Positions 42,250-54,543 of a DNA stretch of 64,000 bases are shown in pieces. The DNA is from Zygnema circumcarinatum SAG 698-1b. Taxonomy: Eukaryota; Plantae; Zygnematophyceae. Under the pieces are notes generated by a model. That model had not been told where the DNA came from and ran no database searches. It worked only from the letters and a program-made list of their open reading frames with translations. Each line of letters starts with the position of its first letter. Position 1 is the stretch's first letter. The position numbers and the translations under genes are program-made. The stretch lies in assembly GCA_037447605.1 (NCBI GenBank), contig CM074804.1:372001-436000 (forward strand). Reading direction: 5' to 3'.

Positions 42250-45200
42250 TCAGTACCAGGTGCCCGTATCCGGGTTCTTCGGCAGCCATCCGTTCTCGCG
42301 GCTTTTGTACCAGCTCCATTCGGCGTAGCCTGCGCCGAAAAAAAAAAATGAAGAAATATCAGCCATTGACCAACAGCAAATATTAGTCAACTTAGTCAGT
42401 TGCTTGGTCGGTCCGTGATTGAATTTGTTTTGGTCAGTACGATGCGGCGGTTCGTTGGTCAGCCAGTGAGGCGGCAACTGGAAGCAGGAAGACTGGAACT
42501 GGACTGCTCAGTTGAACTGAACTGCGAGTGCGAGCACGGACTCACCCGTCCGGTTGAGTTTGAGCGACCAGAAGAACCAGCCGTTGACCGCCGCCGCGAG
42601 GGTCTGCACCTGCGCCAGCGCGAAGCGGCGCTGCTGCTCGCGCGTGCCCGGAGCGTTCATTGCGTTGCAGAACTCGCCCACCAGCACCGTGCGCCCGGGC
42701 CGCTGGGGGCACACCGACACGACAATAAACACACACACACATGTCACGTCAGCCTGACTCTCTAGAATCTGTGGGATTCTACGGATCTATGGAGCTGGGG
42801 ATTTTGTGGCCACGTGGCCGTGTGCCACTCACCGCCTGCAGATCCTGGATCTGTTTCAGCCGCCCGGTCTGCGCGTATAGGATCTCCTCCTCCGTGGTGA
42901 ACCTGTAGTCGCCGAACACGTCGTAGGTGTGGATCTCGAGAATGAGATTGGTGTGCCACGAGTCGAACATGAGCCAGTACGTGTCCTCCCACTCGCTGCT
43001 CCCGATCCTCGCCTCCATGGAGATGTAGAGGCACTGCGAGAAGGTCCGCACGAGGTCGTACGCGGCCGCGTAGTAGCTCTGCAGGACCGCGCGCGGCACG
43101 CCCCACGCCGCGGGCTCGTTGACGAGGCCGAGGCCGAGGAACTGGGGGTTGGCCACGTAGCGCGCGCAGAGCCACGCGAGGAGGTCGAGGGTTCGATTCA
43201 CGTTCAGGGCGAGGGGGAACTCGATGGTGCCCGCACGCGTTCCGGTGTTGCCCCACCCCGACTGCGACCCGGGCGCGCCGTGGATGGAGAGCCACACGCG
43301 GACCCGGTACTTGAGGGCCATCGCGAAGGCCCAGTCGAGGTAGTGCGCGTACTGGGCCGCGAAGGGGAACGCGCCGCCGCCACCCTCCGCGGCGACCCAC
43401 CACCCAATGGGTATGCGCACCGCGTTGGCCCCGTCCTGGCTCAGGAAGGCCCAGTCGGCCTCCGTCACGAAGCTCGAGAGGTGCGCTGTCATCGTGCGAT
43501 TCGCCGCCTCGCCCAGCTCGTACGACACCTGCCATTCGCCGTTCACGGCGTGGACCTGCGGGAGGGGGGGAGAGGGAGAGGGAGGGCGGAGAGGGAGGGG
43601 GGAGANNNNNNNNNNGGAAAGGAAGGGGAGATGGGGAGAGGGGGAGGGGGGGAAAGGAGGGAAAGGGGAGGGGGGAGGGGGGAGAGGGGGGGAAAGGGGG
43701 AGAGGGAGGAGAGGGAGGAGAGGGAGGAGAGGGGGAAGAGGAGAGTGGGGAGAGGGGGGAGAGTGGGGAGAGAGGGGAGAGGAAAGGGGGAAGAGGGGGG
43801 AGGGGAGAGAGACCATGATCAGTATATAATAAGAGTACAGACCACAACAGGCCGAAACGAATGACACTATTGATACTTCATGTGCCCAACGAGACAGACG
43901 TGTGTAGAAGTTTTCATGTGCACCTTCTCCTTCATTTCTTCGCAATTATTTTGGCTAAGCCCAACATAAATGGAAAGAAAACCCATCAAAGTAAATCAAA
44001 TTTTGGCCCTTGTTAATGGAAATTTCCGTCGTACCTTCGTTACAAGAAAAGCTGCTGGGTTGCTTGTCCACGTGGCAGCTGCTGATAGGTCCAGAGTGCT
44101 CGGCTCCACGTCAGCTGTCACCATACCGTTTGGCCACGCTTGCAAAAACTTTCCGTTCGGAGCTTTGATCATGACATTGCTCTTGTTTAGGGGATTAAAG
44201 ACTAAGTCAAAGTCTTCCATCCCCTGAATTCCGGAACATGGAACAAATACCAAGAAAAATAAACGAAATAAATAGAATGTCAGTTTTCGGAAGACAAGCA
44301 GATTCAAACGTTTTTTTTTTTCTGAACATTCGCTGCATTATCAAATCAAACTTCAAATCAAACATTAACTTTAGAATAAATTTAAATAGGCGTACCAAGC
44401 TCCCATTGGTTGGGGCGTCTGCGTTGACAAACGTTTTATTTCCTTGAGCCATGCTCAAATACTGGAAATTCACCGCTTTGAACTGCAAAGAAAGTACAGG
44501 AGGGGAACTTGGGGATTTATCAGGGAATAGTGGAAGGGTTAATGAACTCCAGTTTCTCAAATGTACATGGATAGAAAAAAAGTAAAAACCAGGGGATGAA
44601 GTGTCACCTGAAACAGCCCACCAGTTGGCAACGTCCGTAAAATAAAAAATGTTTCAGGACTGCCCGGATTCTGTGCTGTATTGCAGACAACCTGCCCATC
44701 CAGAAAATGGAAGCGAGGGTGAGAGAGGAAGTGGGAGAGGAAGGGGGGAAGAGAGAAGGACGAAAAAGAGGGGATGAGAAGTACAGGGATGATAGGGAGT
44801 GGACCGTAGGAGAGACCGGGAAAGGAGAAGGGCGGAAGTAGCGGAGAGCGAGTTGATAGGGAAGAGAGTGAGCAGTGGGGATGAGAGAGAGGAATGGAGA
44901 AGCGAGTGAGAGTGAATGTGAATTCACCTGGCTACCGTTGGTGCCCACATTCATCCACAGGTTTGTTGTCATGGATTGGAATTGGACCTGTCAACATGCA
45001 CGGAGCAGAGAGTCAGTATAATCAAACTTCTTCATCGCTCCCTTCGACTCGCTCTCATTCTCTCCCATTTCACACCCTCACTCCCTCCTGCACTCCTCTC
45101 CGATTCCACTAGCCTACATACTTCCCCTGCCTCCCATCGGCTCTCTCCTCTTTACTCATTCCCCCCCCCTCAGTCGCCCTTACCTCCCGACATCCCCAAT

Positions 45201-47084
45201 TCCTCGATCACCTCCATATATCTCTCGCAGATACCTCCATCCCCACTTCCCAGTTCGACTCTTTCGTCCACCACTATTGCCCTTTTCCTCCCTTTCAAAC
45301 AATTCCAGTCCTCTCTTTCTCTCCCTCCCCCTTCCCCCATTTTCCGTCTGTCCCACACTCCCAACCCCTCCCTACCCCTACCCCTCTCCATTATCCTCTT
45401 TCCTCACGCTCGCCTCACCCTTCCCCTACCCGTCCCAACCTCCCATCCGCCCCCGCGACACTCTGAATCCCTTCCTTCCTCCTCCACTCTCCTTAAACTC
45501 CCCACAATCTCTCCCTCCCATCCCCCGCATTATTTCCCCTCCGTTTCGACTTCCCCCACCCCAATCATCCCCTGCCCCTCCTCTTCCCCTTCCCACTCGT
45601 TTCCTCCCCCATCCCACTCTCTCCCCTCTCACCTCTCTCTATTCTCCCCCCCCTCCCCCCCCCCCCCACCGCTGCTACTTTTATAATCCCTCTCCCTCCC
45701 ATCTCCCCCTTCCTCCTCCCCTCTCCCAGCCCTCTCTCACCCCAGTCCCGTCGTTGAAGTCCCTTGGGGCGGGGTAGAGGTCCGGCGCCATCCAGCGCTC
45801 CATGGCGAGCCATCCCCCGAGGTTGGGCCCCCGTACGGCCGGGACACGTGTCACCTCCAGAATGTCGTGCTTCTCCCACGCGCTGGGACGCGTGGCCCAC
45901 GTCCACAGGCCGTCGCCGTTGCCGCTCACATAGAGTCCGTTGGCCGCCTTCAGGTACACGGCCTGCTTCCGCCCGGCGACGGGGTCCGCAGAGAACAGCG
46001 TGAAGGGGTTGGAGGGGTCCGCCGTGCACGACACGTACGCGATGGAGCTGCTCGCGTCGGCCGGTGCTATGACGATGTACGTTCTGTTCACAGTTTGGAG
46101 ACGGAACTGTGCTCAAGTGGATCAAGGAAAGGGACCCACCAAATCGATGAAAGGCAGGGGAAGTTGAGTTAAGCTAAGCCAAGTTAAGGCAAGGACTAGT
46201 CAAATTAGAGCAAGGTAAGGCAAGGAAAGAGAGGCTGAGGGGAGTTGATATAAAAGGACGACCGATCTATGGGACGAAAGGGTTGGGAGAACCGTTTACA
46301 TGAGTGGAATTGACACGGAGAACGGTGAAGAACACGGAAAGCGGAGGCTGCGTTTGGTTCTTTGCGACGACCGTTCCGTTCCAGTTGACTGCGTCCAACG
46401 GATGCCACCACGAGTTCCAGTTGGGCTCGCGGATTTGGATCTGGGATCAAAAGGAGGAAAACAGAGGGAGAAAAATCATCAGTCGATTGAAGGAAATAAG
46501 CAGCATCAGGGATGGACATGAGATCACAATGCCTACGTGTTCTAACTATAATGTTTTTATTCTATTTTAGTCAATTATTAGTTTCTTGGAGACGGGGCTT
46601 ACTGTGGAGCGGTGCGGCATGAGGCTTGACCACCATGTGGAGGGCATCATGGCTGTGCCAGGTGGCACCTCCTGATTGGTGTTGGAGCAGCATACTCCAA
46701 CTCCTCCACACACAGGGGGAGGGGGGGGAGTGGGAGGGGGAGAGGGGGGAGGAGTGGGTGGGGGAGGAGAGGGGGGGGGAGTGGGTGAGGGAGGAGAGGG
46801 GGGAGGAGTGGGTGNNNNNNNNNNTGGGTGGGGGGGGAGAGGGGGGAGGAGTGGGGGGGGAGAGGGGAGGGGCTGGTGAGTCTGCGCTAAGGGAGACTGC
46901 GAGGAAGCTGCCAGGAAGTTGCACACACGGAAGCGCTGTCAGTAAGGGGTTTGATGGTTTAGGCTGAGCCCATAAATGTGAGGATCTGAGGCAAATTTGA
47001 GAGCCTGAAGTGGGCGGAAAAAGGGAGGTCTCACCTGGAGAGGCAAAGCGCCAGGACCGTCCTCCTGCTCGTAAGGGCTGCCAT
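42250..47084 (-). CDS. Secreted GH5 / fascin-like / Pro-rich glucanase, inverted copy B
   Basis: Minus-strand exons 47084-47035, 46907-46603 (gap at 46815), 46106-45741, 44987-44928, 44691-44608, 44482-44396, 44223-44035, 43555-42833, 42702-42546, 42329-42250. All exon lengths except the Pro-rich exon equal copy A; both catalytic Glu intact. Confidence 0.9.
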
Positions 47085-47362
47085 ATTCATCTTTCTCTCT
47101 TCTCTCTCTCTTAATATCCCTGTATTCTCCCTCACTCCTTTCTTTCTCTTTCTCACTCCCTGCGTATCAACCGCTCACTATTTCACTCTCGCATTATCAA
47201 CTCCTCTGCCTTTCACCTCCCTCTTAACGTTCCCACTCTCCTATCTCAAAATTTGATATCCCCTTTTATCTCTCCCTCGACTACCTCCCACTCGCTCTCT
47301 CACTCCCACTCCCTCTCCCACTTTCTCCCTCGCTCCCCCTCACCTTCACTCCGCGCCGCCGG

Positions 47363-47368
47363 TTTATA
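47363..47368 (-). promoter_or_regulatory. Candidate TATA box of GH5 copy B
   Basis: TATAAA on the minus strand ~280 nt upstream of ATG 47084, followed by a purine-rich leader. Confidence 0.4.
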
Positions 47369-47496
47369 GCCGCCGGTCCTGTTCGTGCCTACGCCAGTCC
47401 CGTCTAATGACGTCAGCGGACGGATGGAAGCGACGGCGCGGCCGTCACTTCGCCGGACGCGCCCTCGCAGACGGAGACTCTTCGCTTTGGCTATGG

Positions 47497-47552
47497 GGCC
47501 ATGTCCATGGCCATGTCAATGTCCATGGCCATGCCAATGTCCATGGCCATGG
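47497..47552. repeat. Short 18-bp tandem repeat (AATGTCCATGGCCATGYC)
   Basis: About three overlapping copies with CCATGG palindromes. Confidence 0.7.
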
Positions 47553-48795
47553 CGTGTTGGTGTTGTTGATGGGCCTAAAGGCATGGTTCATGGTCTCATG
47601 AATGGACACATGGTCTTCCCTTGTTCATGGGTCATTAGGGACTGGTTGAAAAAGGAAACATTGATTCTATGTATTTGCTTTTGTGTATGGACATTTGTTG
47701 GCGTCGCCAATCGTGAGATCGATGACGATTCAGTGTCTGTTCTTTGCTACGGAGAATGCCGAACGAGACACATCATGATGAGGCATGTCTAATGTCGGCC
47801 ATCTCCTCGGTATGTCAAAAGCCGCCGTTACCTCTGTTTGCCACTTGGTATGTTATGTCTTTGTATGCCCATGGTCGCCGCGTGTACCATTTGTGCACTG
47901 CACCCAGGATACTCGAGCATCCCCACCTTTCGTGAAGGGGAGGGAGGGAGGGAGGGAGGGAGGGAGGNNNNNNNNNNAGGGAGGGAGGGAGAGAGGGAAG
48001 GGGAGGGAGGGAGGGAGGGAGGGAAGGGGAGGGAGGGAGGGGAGAGAAGGGGAGGGAAACCAAGCAGCAGTAAGAATCTGTATTAATGCGTGACGTGACT
48101 CGTCAGGCAGGTTGCCTTGGGTAGGAGCGCCATTCCATGTCACCGACCCAAGCATCCATGGGTTCATTCGCTCGCATGGCATGCATGCATTTGCAGTCTC
48201 ATGGAATTGGAGGACGACCTTCCAAGTAATGGATGCGCTGCGCTCGTGTGATGTCATGTCATGGCGGTCTTATTTCATCCATCATCATCAACAAGTGTTT
48301 CGCAATTCCCACGCCCACGTGAATGCCAAAGAAAGAAAGAAAGTCAAAGCAGATGACTCAACCCACTTCTTTCTTGTCCTCCGCATCACACGCCCAAATG
48401 TGGCCAGCCTATCAGACGCGCCATTTGACACCAACTTCTAATCCTGCGACCCCTGCTGCTCCCTGCAGGAGCTCGGTTCAACCTTTCCTTACACCCGGCT
48501 ATGAGTTCCACAATTTTACATCCACCTACCAAGTAGACCCCGCTCTGCTGGAGCCAGCCCTTCCGAGGTTCAAGATCAATAATACATGTCAATCATTCAT
48601 AGGCCCTACAGATTTTACGTTTCCTAAAGCCTTAAAGAACATCGAGTACCCATTCACTGCTACCATACCCCCCCCCCCCCCTCCCTCTCCCAACCCCTCT
48701 TCCGAACCCCTCTTCTCGCTACACCCCTCTCCCTCTCCCTCTCCCTCTCCCTCTATACCTTTCCCTCTCCCTCCCCGTAGGAGACCAGACTTGGC

Positions 48796-50304
48796 TCATC
48801 CGCTGAACAATCGAGTGAAAAAATTTCCTCGAGTTTTCGCATCCTCAGCGCATGCCACGTGTGCATAGCGGCCACCTCCGTCCTTTTGTCGCGGAGCGTT
48901 GGACGTGTCCTTCTTGCAGTACTTGCAGGTCTTGTCCACCCACCCGCTCTCCACATAGTCTCCCTCCACTGCATGCAGCAACGGGGTCAATAGGGCAAAC
49001 AATAAACAATATCAGATAGAGAGAGAGGAGGAAGGGAGAGAGACAGAGAGCGAGAGAGAGGGACAAAGTGAGTGAGAGAGAGAGTGGGGGGGGAGAGAGA
49101 AGAGAAAGTGGCTCAGACAGAGAACCCCAAGGAGATGGGAGAGGGAGCATGAGCTTGTTGAAGGTAATAATGCGACCCCTTGCTTTACGGCATTACGAGT
49201 ATTTCAAATCACTTAAGGTCGAATTCTACTTTTGTTAGTTGCCGTTTTCTTAAGAAAGCTGTTTTCTACTTGCAGCTGCAACTTACCGTCGATCCATTCC
49301 TTGAAGTAGCTCTTGTAGGTTCCTCCCACTTTCCTGCGCAAAGCGGCGTACTGCAGATAGGGAGAGGGAGAGAACAAATGAGTTTCAAACCAAGGGATTT
49401 TAAGCCTAAAGAAAAAAGGGGGAAAGTAAATTTCTGAACTGCCGTCAAATGTTTACTTTTTTTGCAACATTAAGAAAATGGTCTGCCAGCTACATTTTGA
49501 CCCTTCATCCTTCTTCATTCCCCAGCACAGCTTGCAAATATAAATGATAAAATTCAAATACAATGCAGACATCTTAGTATATAGTTTACATTCAATCTCT
49601 GCAATCAAAACGATAAATGAGTACCTGCTCCCTCGACATCTTCTCTCCAGCATTTGTCATTTTCCGCGCATCCTCAATCAATTGCCGATCTTCTTCAGAT
49701 CGCACTGCAGTGAAATCGAGAGCATTTGTGATGCTGCAGGAACGAGAAAGAAATGTCAATTCAATGTTCGAAAAGAAGCACGAGCACTATATCATTAGCC
49801 AAGCAGTCATCAACTTGCTTACAATTTCACAACCCTAATTCTAAGAATCGCATCAAACCCAAAACCCAATTCACGCATTCCTACCCGAAAACGAATTCCA
49901 GTTCAAACAGCTTCAACTTTTTCAAAAAGCTTCAGTCCTTGCACCATTGGCCCAAGGATTACAAATTCGACCAATTCCACTTCAGGAGGTTCCAGTTCCA
50001 CATTTCAGATCGAGGCCCTCCAGTTGCAAGTTTCTCCATTTGGGTCAATTTAATTCCGTAGCTGTTATTAAAGGGGAGAGCCCGCCCCGCCTGACCTCGT
50101 AAAGAGGGACTCCTTTGGCGGCTCCTCCTCCTCCTTCTTTGCGGCGCAAATTGTCGCCAATTTGGGAAACCTCTTATTCAAATGTGGGCGCACAGACCGA
50201 ACGGATTTTAGTCCGGACATGGAACACGCACTGCTCGACTGCAGAGAGGCGGGCGACACGGACTGCTTGCAAAGGCCACACGATGTCGGCAGTATGGCAG
50301 CCAT
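48796..50304 (-). CDS. Small plastid-targeted protein with C-terminal CxxC...HxxC putative metal-binding motif
   Basis: Exons 50304-50096, 49733-49625, 49350-49287, 48968-48796. Transit-peptide-like MAAILPTSCG...ATICAA, then ESLFTRSITNALDFTAVRSEED...MSREQYAALRRKVGGTYKSYFKEWIDVEGDYVESGWVDKTCKYCKK...RYAHVAC...GNFFTRLFSG*. Confidence 0.85.
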
Positions 50305-50667
50305 GGCTGCTGCCTCTCTCTCTCCCTCCCTCACTCTCTCTCCCTTCCTCTCCCTCTCTCTTCCTCTTTCGCTTTCTCTCTCTCCCTTGCTTTCTCTCTC
50401 CCTCACTACCTCGATCTCTCTCTCTCTCTCTCCTTCTCTTTCTCTCGACCGCTCTACCTCGATCTCTCGCTTGCCCCGCCCGTTTTCTCACCCTCTCATT
50501 ACTACCTCTCCTCTCCTCTCTCCCTCCCCCTCTCACTAGCTCCCTCCCTCCGTACGATGCAGGCGAGCCGCAGACGTGGGCCGCCCTCCGCCGTCCGTGG
50601 CACTTGCGGTGGATGGCCACAACGGCCGCGACGCGGCGACGCGTGCACCCCCCGCCGGGGAGCCGGC

Positions 50668-51125
50668 CACGTGCCACGTCAGCACTACACAGCCAGCTCA
50701 GACGCCATGTCAGTATTGCACCGCCAGCTCAAACGCCACGTCACCATTAGGCACGTGAACATGTCGGTGCTACTTTTTGCCGCGTGGCACTGACTGGCTC
50801 ATCAAACTCATTCTAGTCAAATTCAGACGACCAATTGATTCGTAAAGTCAGTCACTAAAAAAAGTCTGGTTATGACTAAAACTCGTCATACGTTTGGCTA
50901 AAATGGTATGGTTCATAAAGCTGGTTAGTCGGCTAAGATACGTGTGTCTAGAAGCACCCCCTGTGTCTGGCCCTCCAAAGTAAGGGAACCAATGAGAGAG
51001 CCACGTAAGACGTTATATACACACGACAGGATGAATGTGCCACGTAGGCATTAAGGGCACTCTCCAAAATCTTAATCCGACCGTGCTCGAAGAATACTGG
51101 GCCACGTGTGAAATATGTACACGTG
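50668..51125. promoter_or_regulatory. Four G-boxes in the divergent promoter between two plastid-protein genes
   Basis: CACGTG at 50668, 50752, 51103 and 51120. Confidence 0.4.
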
Positions 51126-51619
51126 GTGGGTTGCCATTGGAGATGCTTGAGCACAGTTTGCATTGGGAAGAGGCCCTCTCCTTCCACCCCTCTCTCCCCC
51201 TCCCCCTTCTCTCCCACTCCCTCTTCCCATCCCTCTCCTGCTCTTGGCCATTCGTCTCCCTCCCTCTCTTTCCAGCCTTCCCGAAGGCGCAAATAGACGC
51301 GCGGCCTAATACGACCTCACCCGTGCGTTTCTTTCCTTCGTTCTTTCTCCTTCAGTCGTAAGGGATCAGGATTTGATTTTATGATTCGTTTTTGCAGATT
51401 CGAGATTTGCATTCCAAGCTGTGAGGTCGCTCGTAGGGTTACGGAGGAACCCTAAAAGTAACCTCAAAGTGATTTAGGGTTACAACAGAAATATTTGTTA
51501 TTTTATTTATTTCACCTTTTCAGGTTTTCAGTCATTTTTTGCAGTTGCAACTTTCAAGGATGTATGATCTTTCCTGTTTCATTTCTGCACTCCCTCGTCG
51601 CTTCGATGCTCTTTGCCAA

Positions 51620-51840
51620 CATCACCTCGAAAATAACACATTGACAACAGCCCTTCAATAGCAAAGCCGTGGCAACATCATCTTAACAACATCTTCTCGG
51701 TGACATCATCTTGACTAGTTCATCTTCAAATTATCACATTGACAATGTTGCCTTCATCATCTTGACACATCACCTTAACATCATCACCATGACATCGTCC
51801 TGACATCATCACCTTGACATTATTATTACCTTGACAACCC
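51620..51840 (+). repeat. Degenerate CATCATC(A)CCTTGACA-like repeats in a 5' intron
   Basis: Multiple imperfect copies, e.g. gacatcatcttgac, acatcaccttaacatcatcaccatgac, gacatcatcaccttgacattattattaccttgaca. Confidence 0.55.
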
Positions 51841-52052
51841 CACCTTCGCCTTTCAACTTTTGACATTTTTTCGGTGTTTCATTAATGCGTTTATATGCTG
51901 ATCTACTTACATTTGGTCCTTTGTGCTTCCAGCATTCAGAAGACAAGGGGAATTTTCACCGAGATAGTTTCCTCCCCTTCCAAAACTTGAGCCTCTTCAC
52001 TCCTCGCGCTCTCAGAATGCTCTCTTGTCAGGTTCCCGCCGCCTATCAGACA

Positions 52053-53405
52053 ATGTCACCTGGCACCTGTATAAGAAACCCGGCCTCCTCCGTCTCCTAT
52101 CAATCTTCGTCAGACCCTTTTCGCATAACTTCATGCAGGAAGCAGGCAGTCTCCATGCAACAGTCTTGTTATGCAGTTCAAAAGCATAGACAACAACGAC
52201 TAGTGTCTCCGTTCACACCCGCGGAAAATTTCGGGCTTGAGCTTCGGGCAAAGTCGCAATCTGTGAGGTGGCAGCTTCATGGAAGCCGAGCTCCAAATGG
52301 AGTCCGAGTGGTAGCGGAGGATGAGACGAGTCTCGGGAAGGGTAGGGATTATTACTTGAAATATTTGTGTGCCTGCAATTGTATGTTTAGGGTCATGCAT
52401 TGACGCTCCATGTTTGTTTCAGTTCTACTTTATCGGTCAGATTCTGAACGGAGAAACTACCGTGTCTGTGTATTCAGTTGTGAACACAGTCGTTCGGACG
52501 GGGCGGGAGGGCCTCATAGCGGCAACCAAGCTTGTACCGGTAAGTTAAGTAGTTCCAGATAGAGTTTCTCAGAATTTGGAAGTTCGTAAAACAAAGTGCA
52601 TTCCTTCGGAGTGAATAGACTAGGATTGTGGTAGAATGTGTCAGTAGTTACTAATTCTTCAAACACGTGAAGTCCTCTATCCGTCTCTGTTCTCACTCTC
52701 GCTCCCCCTCCTCCTCCTCGCCCCTGTGCGGCCCTCTCACTCCCTCTCCCCTTCTTGTGCCCCTCTCTCCTGCTCTGCCTCTCCGCCTTCGCCTTTCCCT
52801 CCTCTGTTCCTCTCTCTCATTCCTAACCCTCACTCTCTCTCCCTCCCTTCGGTACAGGAGTCGGTGCCGAGGCCTGTGGCAACAGCAGGCGTGGCCATAA
52901 CTGGCGTTGTGCTGCTAACCCTTTTGTTGAAGACCATATTCAACACTCTCCTCACCTTAGTGGTAAGCCCCTCTCCAGAGCAGAGTACTTATGTTCTTCG
53001 CTCTCCATTGCATTCCTTATCCCTCCCTCGCTCCCCACTTCTACCTTTCCGTCGCGCTCCCCAGCTCTCCCGCAGCAGCGCCACTAAATTTAAGAGGTGA
53101 CTTTTGAAGGATCGATCTGTAGTATGCTCTTCTTCCAACTAACAACTTTCTACCCCTTTTTTTAGTACTTGAAAACCTTATAATTATCTTGTTAATTAAC
53201 TTTACAAAATGTGTCAAAAAAGCCTCTCAGATTTTAGGGTTTGGTTGACCGAATGTGATTGTAGGTGGTTGGAGGTCTCGGGTATGGCGCCTTTATCTAC
53301 TTGACTCGCTCAGATGATGATGGGGGAAGAGGGGGATCTGGGAAGGGGGAGCCTTCCAGCGATCCCTTAGACGAAGCGCGGAGGATTATGGACAAGTATA
53401 AATAA
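52053..53405 (+). CDS. Small plastid membrane protein with two predicted TM segments
   Basis: Exons 52053-52341, ~52490-52539, 52858-52962, 53265-53405. Ser/Arg-rich transit-like start; VPESVPRPVATAGVAITGVVLLTLLLKTIFNTLLTLVVVGGLGYGAFIYLT...DPLDEARRIMDKYK*. Start codon and exon 2 acceptor uncertain. Confidence 0.75.
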
Positions 53406-54543
53406 AGGGTCACACGTGACGGAAACAGTTGAACGGAACTGCAACGGTAACGATTTCACATCCGTTCAAAAAGCAGGGTTTTGGTTTTTAGCACGGAATG
53501 CGAGCAGCTTCTTGATTGCTGAGTAGTGCAGGGATGTGGAATGTGGAGCTTTGGGCTTTTGGTTTTGAACTTGTAGGTTTTGTAGGAGTTTTGCAACTCC
53601 TTACAGTGAAAACGGGCACTCTTATTTGACTTAATCAGACTCGACTTAGTCAGACCTGACTTAATTAAGGGGAGTTCTGAGAGTGCCTTTTTTATGTATA
53701 TTTTGTTGTAATGTTGTTTCAGTTTTTTATCGTACATTTGTTTCCTTTTACATTTTTCCAGTTGTAAAAAACTACTTTTTTTTGGCAGTTAGTGTTTGTC
53801 GTAGTTGGAGTTTGAAGGGGGATGTGGCATTGACTTCACGATGGCGATGCCGTCAAATGTACATGTCCGCTCATCGCCCTTGTCCCCTTCATCTCCCTCA
53901 CCCTGTCCTCCCTCGTCCTCTTCTCCCCCTCCCCCTTCCCCCCCACCTCTCACCCGCCACTCCCTCCGCCCCCTCGCCTTCCCTCCCCTCTCACGATGAC
54001 AGTACTCGAGCACCATCACTAAAAATGCGTTGTATGGAACTTTGTTTAAGTTATGGTACAAGCCATACAGCATAGTTGGGGCGAGCTATCCACATGTTCC
54101 GCTGCTTGTGCCGTCTAAAGAACACAGCCTGTGCGGGGAAAGGGGAGGGAGGGTGGCGGGGGAAGTGAAGGGGGAGGGAGGATGAGGGGCGGGACGAGGA
54201 GAAAAGCAGGATGGAGAGGAGGGTTAAGGTCCGGATGGAGACAGAGCTATATGAATGGAGTGGGAGAGGGAGAGGGGGGAGGAGAGGGAGGGAGAGGGAG
54301 GGCAACGGGTGTTGATCACATCATATACAAAGTCCTAATCTGTTGTTTCCAGCTACTGAAAACAAACTGAAGGCGGAATGGGCTTCCATGGCATCTACTC
54401 CGTTCAGTCCGAAACAAGTTCCTGAACGGGGCGCTGCTTCCAATTAGAGCTGTTCTTGCGACTTCTGAGTAGGCTAAGCTCCGCTGCTTAGCCCCTCCTC
54501 CGCTGTACACATCGTCCCTCTGGCGATTATTCATGTTCTTTGT

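Noticed and set aside
48323-48868. 181-aa plus-strand ORF
   Set aside because: No recognisable domain; overlaps the 3' end of the minus-strand plastid gene and runs into low-complexity sequence.
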